A DNA stretch of 64,000 bases from Dehalococcoidia bacterium. GTDB lineage: Bacteria > Chloroflexota > Dehalococcoidia > SHYD01. The stretch spans positions 15,459-79,458 of the forward strand of contig SHYD01000003.1 of NCBI GenBank assembly GCA_009692945.1, given 5' to 3'. Positions within the stretch are counted from its first letter, which is position 1. Each line of letters opens with the position of its first letter. The notes beneath the pieces were generated by a model that ran no database searches, was not told where the DNA came from, and worked only from the letters and a program-made list of their open reading frames with translations. The position numbers and the translations under genes were made by a program. Positions 8,636 to 18,594 of the stretch are shown here, piece by piece.

Positions 8636-11161
8636 TCAGCGGTTGCGCCGGGGCTCCCAGAAGCGGAGCAGCTTGCGGGTAAGTTCCCAGCGGATCTCAG
8701 CCCACGCCATCCGGAGGCGCGTGAGCTCCTCGGCCGTCTGCTGTTGCGGGCTATAGCGCGCCCGGGCGTACTCCCGCGCCACCATCTGAACGCTGATCTG
8801 GGCGTTCGGCAACATGCGGGAAAGCGTTTGAGCGTACTCGTACGGGGTCTGGACCGTCCGGGGCTGGAGCCTTGCCAACCGGGCGAGCCGGCACATCTTC
8901 TCGTAGGTCTGGGCGGGAAAGCCAAGGGACCGCAGGTCCCACATCCATGCGAGCCTGAAGGCGACCCACGCCGCGAGCAATGCGGCGGCCACAAAGCCGA
9001 AGAACTCGACCAGGCGAGAGGAGGCCTGAGCCTCCAAGGCCGCAGCGGCGGCCGCCATTTCCTCTGGGGTCTGTTCGGGTTCCTCTGTGGAGCTTCCCGG
9101 GATATCCTCAGGGAAGTCGTCTTCGATGGTTCCGGACCCCAGGTTTTCAAACGTCCGGGGCACGGTGGGCCAGTTGGGGCTTGGGTTGAACTCGATCCAT
9201 CCGTAGTTTGGGAAGAACACCTCGGTCCACGCGTGGGCGTGGGCCTCCCTTACGACGTACTGCTCCTTGTCTTGGTCCCAATCCCCCGAAACATATCCCA
9301 CGGAAACCCGGGCGGGGATCCCTAACGACCGAAGCATCACCGCCAAAGCGGAAGCATAGTAATCGGCGTATCCCCGGTTCAGGGTGAACAGGAAGTAGTC
9401 GACCCCATCCTGGTCCCGCGGCGGGGCGGGGATGTTGGTGCTGTAGGGGATTTCCCGCAGCCGGGACTCGATGGCCCAGGCCATGTCGTAGGGGTTCCGA
9501 GAGTCCTTGCTCCACTCCCTGGCGCGTTGGCGGACCCGCTCGGTGGTGGTATCGGGCAGTTGGAGGTACTGGTCGAGCGCCCAGCCGGGATACGCCGTTC
9601 CTGACCCTTCCAGCGCTTCGATCGAGGCTTTGGTCACCGAGGACGTGAGGGAATAGGTGACGCCCCGGTTCATGGGCGTCCTGGTCCGTAGGCTGGTGTA
9701 GTCCGGAGGAAACGGGTCGGTCCGGCGGAGAATAACCGCATCGATCTGGCCCTGCCGCCGGATCGGGCGCTCCAGGGCCATATCTGATGGAATCATCCGC
9801 TGCAGTTCGTCGGGCGTAACCAGCCGGTTGGTGTTGCGCAGGTTAACGCTGAGGGTCCGGGCCAGGTCCTGCATGTCGGGGCGGAGGCCGCGGTTCGCGG
9901 TGAGGTCCGCCAACTGCAGGGTGAAGCGGCCAGAAGGAGGCATCTCACCCACGGCGGGTGTGTTTCCAAAAATGGGCATGCCCCGATAGAAGAAGAGATC
10001 GATGGGGATGTTGGTTTCGATGGTTTGTTGCAGGGCCCGGCGCTCTCTGTACTCATCCACGGCGCCACGAACGGTGTCCTGGGGCAACTCGGCGAACTTG
10101 CGATCCGACGCGATCCAACCCTGACCGGTGAACGTATCATAGCTCTCCGCGTGCCAGTAGCCGGACTCCTCCGTCTTGATGTTCATAATGACGTCACGGG
10201 CCAGACCCAGCCGCCCGGCGAGCGACTGCTGGTCGCCAAAGTTCACGGCGCCCCGGAAGGGCATGGAGCGGCCGAAGGAATGGAGCGGGGCGACCTTGCC
10301 CGAGCTCACCGAAGCGAACAACCGGTCGAACTCCCGTTCCATACCGCGCCATGGGCCCGTGGCCTGTTCGAACAGCACCATGATCGGCAGCGACTGCTGG
10401 AAGAGCGGCAGGAAGAAGGTGACGGCCAGCAGACCGCCTGAGAGCGCCAGCAACGGTCCTCCCAGGGAGAGGTCGGCCAGTTCCTGCCGCGAAACGTTGG
10501 TGCGCTTCCAACGCAATTGCAATTGCATCGTGTGCGAAAACATCGTCAGCGCCATTGCCGTGACGACGAACAGCACAAAATTGTAGGTGAAGTTGTTGGG
10601 CAGATAGGTGAGGTTCACCAGCAACGCGATACCTGGGGGTAACATGGCCAGCCAGGCGTTGTGCAGCCGGTAGAAGAACCAGGCGGACAGGTACCCGGTC
10701 AGCCAGGTGAAGATCAACACCTGAACGATGAAAGGGAGGGTATCGACGTTGATACCGCCGTCCCTGATGACCACCGCGAAACTGTTGAGGCGGCTGATGG
10801 CATCGGCCAGGCGGCCGTCGAGGGTGGCGCCCTTGGCGGCGTCGACCGAGGCCCGGGCGACCACCAGGAACCCGATGATCAGGGCGAGGGGGTGCAGCAT
10901 GAACGAGGGCACCCTGAGCTTGGCCATGACGTACCCGACGGCAAGAGAGGCGACGGTGATTCCAGTGAGGCCCGGCATGTCCGGCACCCACTTGGCCCCC
11001 TCCACCGCCCAAACGGTGGCCAAGGACATCAGAAACAGCAGCCCGAAGGGTAGCCACGTTTCGTCGGGCCGGGCCAGAGCACTCCAACCTGATCGAGGCG
11101 CCGGAGGGTTAGGGGCAGCCGACGGGCGACCCCGTTGGCTCTGCCAGGTGGTTGTGGTCAA
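8636..11161 (-). CDS. Transglutaminase-domain membrane protein (TgpA-like, with a DUF4129-like C-terminus)
   Basis: 841 aa with many N-terminal TM helices. Transglutaminase core YADYYASALAVMLRSLGIPARVSVGY...EAHAHAWTEVFFPNYGWIEFNPSP, then a late TM helix and a tail domain. The start overlaps the DUF58 stop by 4 nt. Confidence 0.85.
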   Translation of the reverse strand: MTTTTWQSQRGRPSAAPNPPAPRSGWSALARPDETWLPFGLLFLMSLATVWAVEGAKWVPDMPGLTGITVASLAVGYVMAKLRVPSFMLHPLALIIGFLVVARASVDAAKGATLDGRLADAISRLNSFAVVIRDGGINVDTLPFIVQVLIFTWLTGYLSAWFFYRLHNAWLAMLPPGIALLVNLTYLPNNFTYNFVLFVVTAMALTMFSHTMQLQLRWKRTNVSRQELADLSLGGPLLALSGGLLAVTFFLPLFQQSLPIMVLFEQATGPWRGMEREFDRLFASVSSGKVAPLHSFGRSMPFRGAVNFGDQQSLAGRLGLARDVIMNIKTEESGYWHAESYDTFTGQGWIASDRKFAELPQDTVRGAVDEYRERRALQQTIETNIPIDLFFYRGMPIFGNTPAVGEMPPSGRFTLQLADLTANRGLRPDMQDLARTLSVNLRNTNRLVTPDELQRMIPSDMALERPIRRQGQIDAVILRRTDPFPPDYTSLRTRTPMNRGVTYSLTSSVTKASIEALEGSGTAYPGWALDQYLQLPDTTTERVRQRAREWSKDSRNPYDMAWAIESRLREIPYSTNIPAPPRDQDGVDYFLFTLNRGYADYYASALAVMLRSLGIPARVSVGYVSGDWDQDKEQYVVREAHAHAWTEVFFPNYGWIEFNPSPNWPTVPRTFENLGSGTIEDDFPEDIPGSSTEEPEQTPEEMAAAAAALEAQASSRLVEFFGFVAAALLAAWVAFRLAWMWDLRSLGFPAQTYEKMCRLARLARLQPRTVQTPYEYAQTLSRMLPNAQISVQMVAREYARARYSPQQQTAEELTRLRMAWAEIRWELTRKLLRFWEPRRNR

Positions 11162-12390
11162 GGTGCAGCAGTTCCCCTTTCCTGTCTGGCCCCGGAGCGG
11201 GCGGTCTCACTCACCCCCAAGGACTCGCTGATGGAGCCACCCTGCTTGACGAGAAACGTCTGCACGCCGGTCGCGAGCAGCGCGCTCACCACCTGAAGCG
11301 AGTCCTTCGCCTGACCGAAGGTGCTGCCCTCGATCACCACAGCCGCCACTCTGGCGCCGCGCCGTATCAAATGCTGCAACTGATAGACCCAGGCCTCATC
11401 GGTGGATGAGGTCACCACTAACAGGGTCGAGTACCGCCCGAACCGCCTGGCTTCTCCGGCGAGCAACTCGGCGATGGGAACGGTTCCCTCCGCTTTCGCC
11501 AGCGCCAGCGACTCCATGATCTCCACCAGTTGGTGCCCGCTCCGTTCGGGCTGATGAATATCCAGGTAGTGGCCGAAGCTCATGAACCCGATGGGCCGGT
11601 TCGATTCGATATATTGATGTGCGATGGACGCCGCGACGGTGGCACCGTATTCTTCGGTGCTTTCCAGGTCCTCGCCAACCTGTACGTCCCGGTGCAAGTC
11701 CAGCGCGATCCAGGTTTCGCTGGCTGGATCGAGTTCGAATTCTTTGACCATCAGCCTGCCGGTGCGGACCGTGCTCGGCCAGTGGATACGGTTGAAGCTG
11801 TCGCCGTAAACGTAATCCCGGACCCCGGAGGCATTGGGGGTAACGAAGTGGGTGCGGCGGCGGTGGCGGCCCTCGCCGGGGAGGTCGGCGGGCGGCAGAG
11901 TGAACCCGGTGAGATCGACGGTGCGGGGGTAGACCACCAGCGAGTGGGTGCCGCTCAACGTGATCTGTCTGCGGAAGAGCCCGAACGGATCGCCGCTCGC
12001 TACATGGGTGGGGCCGACCGTGAAACGGCCGCGGCGCTGGCACTCGAAATCGACCCTGATGGTGCGAGAGGCATCGGAGGGGATCTGCAGCACATGAGGC
12101 GGCCACGGGTTGGGGAGGTCGGCTTCCTGGCGCACCTCAGCCCAGACGCTCGGGAGCAGGTTGTCGTTGAACACGGTGAACTGGACCCAAGCCTTTTGGC
12201 CCACCGTCGCCGAGGTGGTGCTTCCCCTGAGGTTGACGGTAATGCCGGATACGCTGAAATGGGTCCAGACCCAGCCCGCCAGCAACACCAGCACCAGCAG
12301 GTAACTCAGGCGGAAGTAGTGGTCTACCCCGGTGGAGAGCCCGAGCACACCGAAGAAAACCGCCACCAGGCTGACCAGCAACACGCGCAT
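11158..12390 (-). CDS. DUF58 domain protein
   Basis: Two N-terminal TM helices. Motif VRDYVYGDSFNRIHWPSTVRTGRLMVKEFE. Sits between the moxR and transglutaminase genes. Confidence 0.85.
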   Translation of the reverse strand: MRVLLVSLVAVFFGVLGLSTGVDHYFRLSYLLVLVLLAGWVWTHFSVSGITVNLRGSTTSATVGQKAWVQFTVFNDNLLPSVWAEVRQEADLPNPWPPHVLQIPSDASRTIRVDFECQRRGRFTVGPTHVASGDPFGLFRRQITLSGTHSLVVYPRTVDLTGFTLPPADLPGEGRHRRRTHFVTPNASGVRDYVYGDSFNRIHWPSTVRTGRLMVKEFELDPASETWIALDLHRDVQVGEDLESTEEYGATVAASIAHQYIESNRPIGFMSFGHYLDIHQPERSGHQLVEIMESLALAKAEGTVPIAELLAGEARRFGRYSTLLVVTSSTDEAWVYQLQHLIRRGARVAAVVIEGSTFGQAKDSLQVVSALLATGVQTFLVKQGGSISESLGVSETARSGARQERGTAAP

Positions 12391-12421
12391 GAGGTGACGC
12401 TCCGTGAGGGCGCCGAATCGC

Positions 12422-13441
12422 CTAGGAGTTCGCTGAGCCGATCCATCGTCCGGCCCGGGCCCCCGGAACCGGCACCTGTTCCAGCACGTCCATCACAATC
12501 TTGTCGGCCGTGATGTCCTTCACCCGCGCGGTGGGGCTCACAATGATCCGGTGGGCCAGCGCGTAGGGCGCCAGGAACTTGATGTCGTCCGGCAAGACGA
12601 AATCCCGGCCCCGCAACAGCGCCAACGCCTGGGATGTCCGGAACAGGGCAAGGGAGCCGCGGGGCGACGCGCCCAGGTAAACGCCCTCGTGGTGGCGGGT
12701 CGCGTCGGCGATCGCGACGATATACTGCTTGACCAGCGCGTCGACATGGATCGCCTTGACAGATTCGTTCATCTTGAGGAGGTCCTCGACCGCCACCACT
12801 TCCTGGAGCGATTCGATGGGATGAACGTGCTGCTGACGGTCCAGAATGGTGACCTCGTCGGTGAGGGACGGGTAGCCAAGGTTCAGGCGCATGAGAAAGC
12901 GGTCGAGTTGGGCCTCGGGCAGCGGGAAGGTGCCCTCGTACTCGATGGGGTTCTGGGTGGCCAGCACCAAGAACGGCCGCGGCAGGGTGTGCAGTTCACC
13001 GTCGATGGTGACTTGGCGCTCTTCCATCGCCTCCAACAGCGACGACTGTGTCTTAGGCGTGGCGCGGTTGATCTCGTCAACCAGCACTATCTGCGCAAAG
13101 ATGGGGCCGGGCCGGAATTCGAAATCGGCTGTTTTTTGATTGAAGACCGACACGCCCGTGACATCACTGGGAAGCAGGTCCGGGGTGAACTGGAGACGCC
13201 GGAAGCTGCAACCCACCGAGCGCGCGATGCTCTTGGCGAGGGTCGTCTTGCCGACACCCGGCACGTCCTCGATGAGCAGGTGGCCTTGGCACAGCAAAGC
13301 GACTACCGCAAGTTCGACCTCGGCACGCTTGCCGACGATGACCTGCTCCACGTTCCCCACAATCTTGTCGACTACGCTGTTGGCCCCAGCTTCCAAAACG
13401 CGCTCCTTTCCCACCATCCGAGGAGCCGTAGATCTGTTCAA
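12422..13441 (-). CDS. MoxR family AAA+ ATPase
   Basis: Walker A DVPGVGKT, Walker [10 protein letters not shown], then [19 protein letters not shown]. Confidence 0.9.
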   Translation of the reverse strand: MNRSTAPRMVGKERVLEAGANSVVDKIVGNVEQVIVGKRAEVELAVVALLCQGHLLIEDVPGVGKTTLAKSIARSVGCSFRRLQFTPDLLPSDVTGVSVFNQKTADFEFRPGPIFAQIVLVDEINRATPKTQSSLLEAMEERQVTIDGELHTLPRPFLVLATQNPIEYEGTFPLPEAQLDRFLMRLNLGYPSLTDEVTILDRQQHVHPIESLQEVVAVEDLLKMNESVKAIHVDALVKQYIVAIADATRHHEGVYLGASPRGSLALFRTSQALALLRGRDFVLPDDIKFLAPYALAHRIIVSPTARVKDITADKIVMDVLEQVPVPGARAGRWIGSANS

Positions 13442-13490
13442 TTATCGATACCGTTTGAAGGCGAAGTAGTTCCGAACGGCTTGAACCCCC

Positions 13491-13519
13491 ATTGTACGTA
13501 TGGGGTTGCCGTGGCGCAA
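13491..13519 (-). promoter_or_regulatory. Candidate sigma70-type promoter for the moxR-DUF58-transglutaminase operon
   Basis: The minus strand reads TTGCGC-17 nt-TACAAT, about 50 nt upstream of the moxR ATG at 13441. Sequence pattern only. Confidence 0.3.
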
Positions 13520-13553
13520 CCAACACCAGGGTTTCGTAATTGCCGGGCTGGAA

Positions 13554-14486
13554 TCAGGTTCCTCGGAACACCAGCAGCACGGCGGCGGACACGGCTACCC
13601 ACCCCACGATTCCCGCCACCAACGGCCGGTCGCTGAACAGCACCTCCTCGGGACTACCGCCCAGGCCCTTGACATGGATGAGGTACAGATAGCGGAAGAT
13701 CCCGTAGAGCACGAAGGGAATGGTGAGCATCATGGCGTGGTTGGAGGGGAGGTTCGGCGCGCTGAATGTGTAGAAACTGTAGGCGATGAGGGTGCTGGCC
13801 GCGACAACGTTGATCATCTGGTCTAGAAAGCCGTCGGTGTACTCGTCCAGGATGCGGCGGTGCTCTGCGGCTCCGCTCCGGAGCACGGCTAGTTCGTTGC
13901 GCCGTTTGGCAAACCCGAGGAACAACGCGCCGAGCATGGTGCACAGGTAGAGCCACGGGGAGATGGGCACAGCTATGGCCAGGGCTCCACCGGTGGCCCT
14001 CAACACGAATCCGGCGGCGATCACGAAGACGTCGACGATCACGACGTGCTTGAGGGATAGGCTGTAGGCGACCATGAGCGACAGGTAGCCCGCCAGGAGC
14101 AAGGCAAACAGGGGAGCCAGCGCAAAGGAACCGGCGAGACCGCCCACCGCCAGAACCGCCGCGACCGTCAGCGCCAGCGAACGGGAAACCCTGCCCGATG
14201 CGATGGGGCGGTGCCGTTTGCGCGGATGGTGGCTGTCACGGTCAGCATCAATCACATCGTTCGCGAGGTATTGCGCACTTGCGACTATGGAAAACAGGAC
14301 GAACGCGGCGAGGGACTGCCAGATAAGGAGCGAAGCGCCGGCCACGTCCGAAAAGGACCAACGTTCATTGGCCGAAAACAACAGGGCGAGGAACACAAGG
14401 CTGTTCTTGGCCCACTGCTTGGGCCGCAGCGATACCAGCAGGTCCCTGCCCAGCGCGGGTTGGGCCATAACAGACTCGGTTTGCAT
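13554..14486 (-). CDS. UbiA-family prenyltransferase, decaprenyl-phosphate phosphoribosyltransferase-like
   Basis: Polytopic protein with KQWAKNSLVF and the NDVIDADRDSHHPRKRHRPIASG motif. ORF 13554..14564; the ATG at 14486 (MQTESVMAQP) is preferred because of AAGGAAACAGG upstream, but the start is uncertain. Confidence 0.75.
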   Translation of the reverse strand: MQTESVMAQPALGRDLLVSLRPKQWAKNSLVFLALLFSANERWSFSDVAGASLLIWQSLAAFVLFSIVASAQYLANDVIDADRDSHHPRKRHRPIASGRVSRSLALTVAAVLAVGGLAGSFALAPLFALLLAGYLSLMVAYSLSLKHVVIVDVFVIAAGFVLRATGGALAIAVPISPWLYLCTMLGALFLGFAKRRNELAVLRSGAAEHRRILDEYTDGFLDQMINVVAASTLIAYSFYTFSAPNLPSNHAMMLTIPFVLYGIFRYLYLIHVKGLGGSPEEVLFSDRPLVAGIVGWVAVSAAVLLVFRGT

Positions 14487-14585
14487 CGATCGAACACCTG
14501 TTTCCTTGGATTCAACATACGGTCTGCCAGATACAGCGTCAATGTTTGACAGCACGAAAACCACCTCCTATGCTGAGGCTGCTCC

Positions 14586-15311
14586 ATGGCACGGCAACGA
14601 TTGGACGTGGTGTTGGTAGGCCGGGGGTTGGCGTCGACCCGTGAGCAGGCTCGCGGGCTGATCATGGGCGGGGCGGTCCGGGTGGAGGGGCGGCCGGCGT
14701 CCAAACCGGGTCTCCTGGTTCATGAACAGTCGGGAATCGAGGTCGCCGCTACGCCTCGTTTTGTGGGGCGGGGCGGCCTCAAACTGGAACGGGCGTTGGA
14801 CGCATTCGGCATCGAGGTTTCCGGTTGCGCCGCGCTAGACGTCGGCGCTTCCACCGGCGGCTTCACCGATTGCCTGCTGCAACGTGGCGCGGTCCGCGTG
14901 TACGCCGTGGACGTGGGATACGGGCAGCTTGATTACCGGCTCAGGACAGATCCTCGAGTTGTGGTCCGGGAGCGGGTCAATGCCCGTTATCCGCTGCAGC
15001 TGCCGGAGCCGGTGGACCTTGCAACCGTCGATGTCTCGTTTATTTCGCTTGAGATGGTGCTTCCCAGCATCACGGCGGAACTCAGGCCGGGAGGCCGGAT
15101 CGTGGCCCTGGTAAAACCCCAGTTCGAAGTGGGACGCGGCAAGGTGGGGAAGGGCGGCGTTGTTCGAGACGCTGCGCTTCACGCCGAGGTACTCTCGCGC
15201 ATCGTCAATTGGTCGGTCGATCACCAGTTGAGGATCCTGGGGCTCACTCCATCGCCGCTGCTGGGAGATGCGGGAAACCGTGAGTTCCTATTGGGCCTCA
15301 AGCGGCAATGA
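14586..15311 (+). CDS. tlyA: TlyA family rRNA (cytidine-2'-O)-methyltransferase
   Basis: S4-like N-terminus RLDVVLVGRGLASTREQARGLI. SAM site ALDVGASTGGFTDCLLQRGA. Confidence 0.85.
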   Translation: MARQRLDVVLVGRGLASTREQARGLIMGGAVRVEGRPASKPGLLVHEQSGIEVAATPRFVGRGGLKLERALDAFGIEVSGCAALDVGASTGGFTDCLLQRGAVRVYAVDVGYGQLDYRLRTDPRVVVRERVNARYPLQLPEPVDLATVDVSFISLEMVLPSITAELRPGGRIVALVKPQFEVGRGKVGKGGVVRDAALHAEVLSRIVNWSVDHQLRILGLTPSPLLGDAGNREFLLGLKRQ

Positions 15312-16195
15312 CCAATAAGCTGATCGGGATACTGTTCCATCCCCGAGTCGATGAGGCCCAGGACCTCGCCCGTGAGTTGGCCGCTGCGCTCAAGATCCGA
15401 GGTCACAACGTATGGGTGGCTTCGGCGTGGAAGGAACAAGAGGTTAAGGACCTGATGAGCGGCACCGACGTGGTGGTGAGCGTCGGTGGTGATGGGACGA
15501 TCCTCCGCGCGGCGCGGGCAATCATACCGGCTCCCGCACCGATCCTGGGCATCCGCTACGGGCGATTGGGGTTCATTGCGGAAATTGCACCGGCCGATGC
15601 CGTGAAAAGCGTGCCCTCCATGATTGATGCCCCCTGGCACCTGGATATCAGGGGCATGCTGCGCGCCCGTCTGACCACGCATCCGGTCGAACCCTCCCTG
15701 GCAGAGGCTCACCACCCCCTGATGAACGGCGCCCCCGAGTTTCACGCGTTGAACGACGTGGTGGTGTCACGCGGCAGTTTGGGCCGGCCCATCTATGTGA
15801 AGGTGGTGGTGAACGGGCAGGATTATTTCACCTACCGGGCCGATGCGGTCATCCTCTCCACCGCCACCGGCTCCACCGGCTATTCTCTTTCCGCTGGGGG
15901 TCCGATTCTCCACCCGGCTTCCGGGTGTCATGTGCTCACGGCGGTGGCTGCTCACGCCGCGATGCGCAACGCGCTGGTCCTCGAACCGTCGTTCTCGGTC
16001 CAACTGGTCGTCCGCTCCGACCACGGAGCCATGCTCAGTATTGATGGACAGGTCGACATCCCCCTGGAAGACCAAGAGATCGTCGATATCGCTCCCAGCA
16101 AATACGCCACGCGCTTCCTGCGGGCCACGGCGGCCGACGACTTCTACCGCACGGTGCTGGCGCGCCTTCGTTATGGGGAAACCCCAGCGGGTTAG
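15308..16195 (+). CDS. nadK: NAD(+) kinase
   Basis: ATGA overlap with tlyA. GGDGT motif (VVVSVGGDGTILRAAR) and STATGSTGYSLSAGGP. Confidence 0.9.
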   Translation: MTNKLIGILFHPRVDEAQDLARELAAALKIRGHNVWVASAWKEQEVKDLMSGTDVVVSVGGDGTILRAARAIIPAPAPILGIRYGRLGFIAEIAPADAVKSVPSMIDAPWHLDIRGMLRARLTTHPVEPSLAEAHHPLMNGAPEFHALNDVVVSRGSLGRPIYVKVVVNGQDYFTYRADAVILSTATGSTGYSLSAGGPILHPASGCHVLTAVAAHAAMRNALVLEPSFSVQLVVRSDHGAMLSIDGQVDIPLEDQEIVDIAPSKYATRFLRATAADDFYRTVLARLRYGETPAG

Positions 16196-16197
16196 CA

Positions 16198-17541
16198 ATG
16201 ACCAGCCGGGCCGACCTGCCACATCCCGATCTCCAAACCGGTGCGATCCTCCAGGAACTGAGGCGGGAACTGTGCGTGCTCCAGGAAGCATCGTCCCCGT
16301 CGCTGGCGGGGACCTTCGTGGAGTTGCAAGCGACCGACGCCCTCGGCACATTTGTGCTGTCAAACTCGGTTCAGGACTTGGACCGGCGTTCGGCACTCAC
16401 TCCACTGCCCTTCGGATCGGACCTGCCATTGGTGGGGCTGGCCGTTGCCAAGTTCCGGACGTTGTGGAACGAGGTTGCGACGCGCTGGTACCTCCAGCCC
16501 CTGTTGCAGCAGCAGTCCGAGTTCAACGCCAGTGTGGTCCGTTTCGGGCACCTGGTGTCGCAGATGTTGCGGCTGCTTCAGCCGGACGAGGACCAAGAAG
16601 CGAGCGCCCGGCGGGATCGTCAGGAAGTTTCGCTGACCAAAAGCCTGGCGCAGCTCGAACTGTTGCTCGGCCGCCTTCAGGATGGCGTCCAGCGGACGGA
16701 AGCGCCCGGCGCCCGTGCGGAGATTGCAGGACTGACTGCACGCATTGCGTTGTTGGAAGGCTTCCAGTCCACATCCGGGGCGCCGCCTCGGGTTGGGCAG
16801 CGCCAGCCACCCTCCGGCGCGCCACCTGCTGCCCCCTTTGATTACTTCGGCTTTGAACTCCAATTCCGGGGAGAGCCCGCCGCGCTCAAGGAGCGGCAAC
16901 GGCTCTACCTTGAGTATTTCCCGTCCGGTCCGGTGCTGGATCTGGGGTGTGGAAGGGGCGAGTTCGTCGAATTGTTGGGCGAGCAGGGTATCCCGGCATC
17001 AGGAGTCGATGCCGACCCTGGGATGGTGGCGTACTGCATCGAGCGGGGTCTGAATGTGACACGGAACGACCTGTTGGCCGCGCTGGAGGGGCATGCCGAT
17101 GCCGGTCTGGCGGGGATATTCTCGGCTCAGACCATCGAACACCTGGCCCCCGGTGATATTGCACGGCTCGTCTCGCTCTCGTTCCAGAAGCTGGCGCCGG
17201 GCGGGTTGATGGTCCTCGAGACCATCAACCCCATCTGCCTCACTGCCCTGGCCACCACCTACACGCTCGATCTGACCCATCGCCAGCCGGTACATCCAGA
17301 CACGGCGGCGTTTCTAGCGAGGTCGGCCGGCTTTCTTGAAGTCGAAGTCCGCTATCTCTCCCCGGTCCCGGATCACCTTCGGCTTCAGGTCTTTGCGCCA
17401 ATCGACCAGTTGCCTGGGTCGGAACCGTGGCGCTCCATGCTGAATGCCAATGTCCAACGGCTCAATGACGTGCTGTTCGGATACCAGGACTACGCCCTCA
17501 TCGCCCGCAAGGCGCCCGCGCTCGACCGCGGATCGTTCTGA
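16198..17541 (+). CDS. Class I SAM-dependent methyltransferase with a long helical N-terminal domain
   Basis: C-terminal VLDLGCGRGEFVELL...IEHLAPGD...LAPGGLMVLETINP. The roughly 230-aa N-terminal region is Leu/Gln-rich. Confidence 0.75.
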   Translation: MTSRADLPHPDLQTGAILQELRRELCVLQEASSPSLAGTFVELQATDALGTFVLSNSVQDLDRRSALTPLPFGSDLPLVGLAVAKFRTLWNEVATRWYLQPLLQQQSEFNASVVRFGHLVSQMLRLLQPDEDQEASARRDRQEVSLTKSLAQLELLLGRLQDGVQRTEAPGARAEIAGLTARIALLEGFQSTSGAPPRVGQRQPPSGAPPAAPFDYFGFELQFRGEPAALKERQRLYLEYFPSGPVLDLGCGRGEFVELLGEQGIPASGVDADPGMVAYCIERGLNVTRNDLLAALEGHADAGLAGIFSAQTIEHLAPGDIARLVSLSFQKLAPGGLMVLETINPICLTALATTYTLDLTHRQPVHPDTAAFLARSAGFLEVEVRYLSPVPDHLRLQVFAPIDQLPGSEPWRSMLNANVQRLNDVLFGYQDYALIARKAPALDRGSF

Positions 17542-18587
17542 TGGGGATGCGAATCTGCATTGGGGCGGTGCAGGTCCCCTTCGTGCGGGGCGGCGCCGAG
17601 ATGCTGGTGGAATCATTGCGAGACGCGTTGGTGGAACGGGGCCATACCGTGGAGGTGGTGGCGTTGCCCTTCAAGTGGTATCCCAGCCGGCAGGTGGTGT
17701 CCCACGCCCTGGCATGGCGGTTGCTGGATGTCACCGAGGCTCAGGGCCGGCCCATCGATCTGTTCATCCCCACCAAGTTCCCGGCCTACTTGGCCCGGCA
17801 CCCCAACAAAGTGACGTGGCTGTTTCATCAGTTCCGGCAGGCGTACGACCTCGATGAGAGTGCCTTCAAAGAGCTCTCGGGAACCCCCGAAGATGAATGG
17901 GTGAAACGGAAGGTCCGCGCAATGGACGCCAAGGCTTTGCCCGAGAGCCGCGCCATCCACACCATTGCCCAAAATGTGAGCCGGCGGCTGCAACGATACA
18001 ACGGGGTGGCCAGCACCACCCTGTATCCCCCGCCGCCGCTGGCCGAACGGTACCATTGCAGCGATTACGAGCCCTTTGTATTGTCGGTCGGGCGGCTGGA
18101 TGCGATCAAACGCGTGGACCTGCTGCTCCGCGCGCTGGCGGTCAGCAGCGGGGGGCTTCGGTGCGTGGTGGCAGGGACCGGGCCAGAGGAGGCGCGTCTC
18201 CGAGCGCTGGCGAAGGAGTTGGGTGTTGACCGGCGGGTCGAGTTCGCCGGTTTCGTTTCAACCGAACGGTTGCTGGAACTCTATGCCCGCTGCGGCATGG
18301 TGTACTACGCGCCCTACGATGAGGACTACGGGTTCGTGACGCTGGAGGCACTCCGCTCCAGCAAGCCGGTGGTAACCGCCGACGACTCCGGGGGAGTGTT
18401 GGAGTTCATCCGTCATGGGGAAACAGGGCTCGTGGCCGCCCCCCGCCCGGAGGCGGTCGCCGCCGCGCTGGACCGGCTCGCCCAGGACCCGCAGGGAGGA
18501 GCCCGGATGGGGGAGCGAGGCCGGAACGAGGTGGCCGATATCTCGTGGGATAGGGTGCTCGAAGGTCTCCTTGCGACGGCCACTTAG
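17541..18587 (+). CDS. Glycosyltransferase family 4 (GT-B)
   Basis: TGATG overlap with the upstream gene. C-terminal EX7E region YAPYDEDYGFVTLEALRSSKPVV...GETGLV. Confidence 0.85.
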   Translation: MGMRICIGAVQVPFVRGGAEMLVESLRDALVERGHTVEVVALPFKWYPSRQVVSHALAWRLLDVTEAQGRPIDLFIPTKFPAYLARHPNKVTWLFHQFRQAYDLDESAFKELSGTPEDEWVKRKVRAMDAKALPESRAIHTIAQNVSRRLQRYNGVASTTLYPPPPLAERYHCSDYEPFVLSVGRLDAIKRVDLLLRALAVSSGGLRCVVAGTGPEEARLRALAKELGVDRRVEFAGFVSTERLLELYARCGMVYYAPYDEDYGFVTLEALRSSKPVVTADDSGGVLEFIRHGETGLVAAPRPEAVAAALDRLAQDPQGGARMGERGRNEVADISWDRVLEGLLATAT

Positions 18588-18594
18588 GCTCGCT

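Noticed and set aside
16198-17541. Idea that the helical-domain methyltransferase is a WbdD-like chain-length terminator
   Set aside because: The domain order is reversed relative to WbdD, there is no kinase domain, and no ABC-transporter pathway genes are present. The support is too weak to report as a finding.
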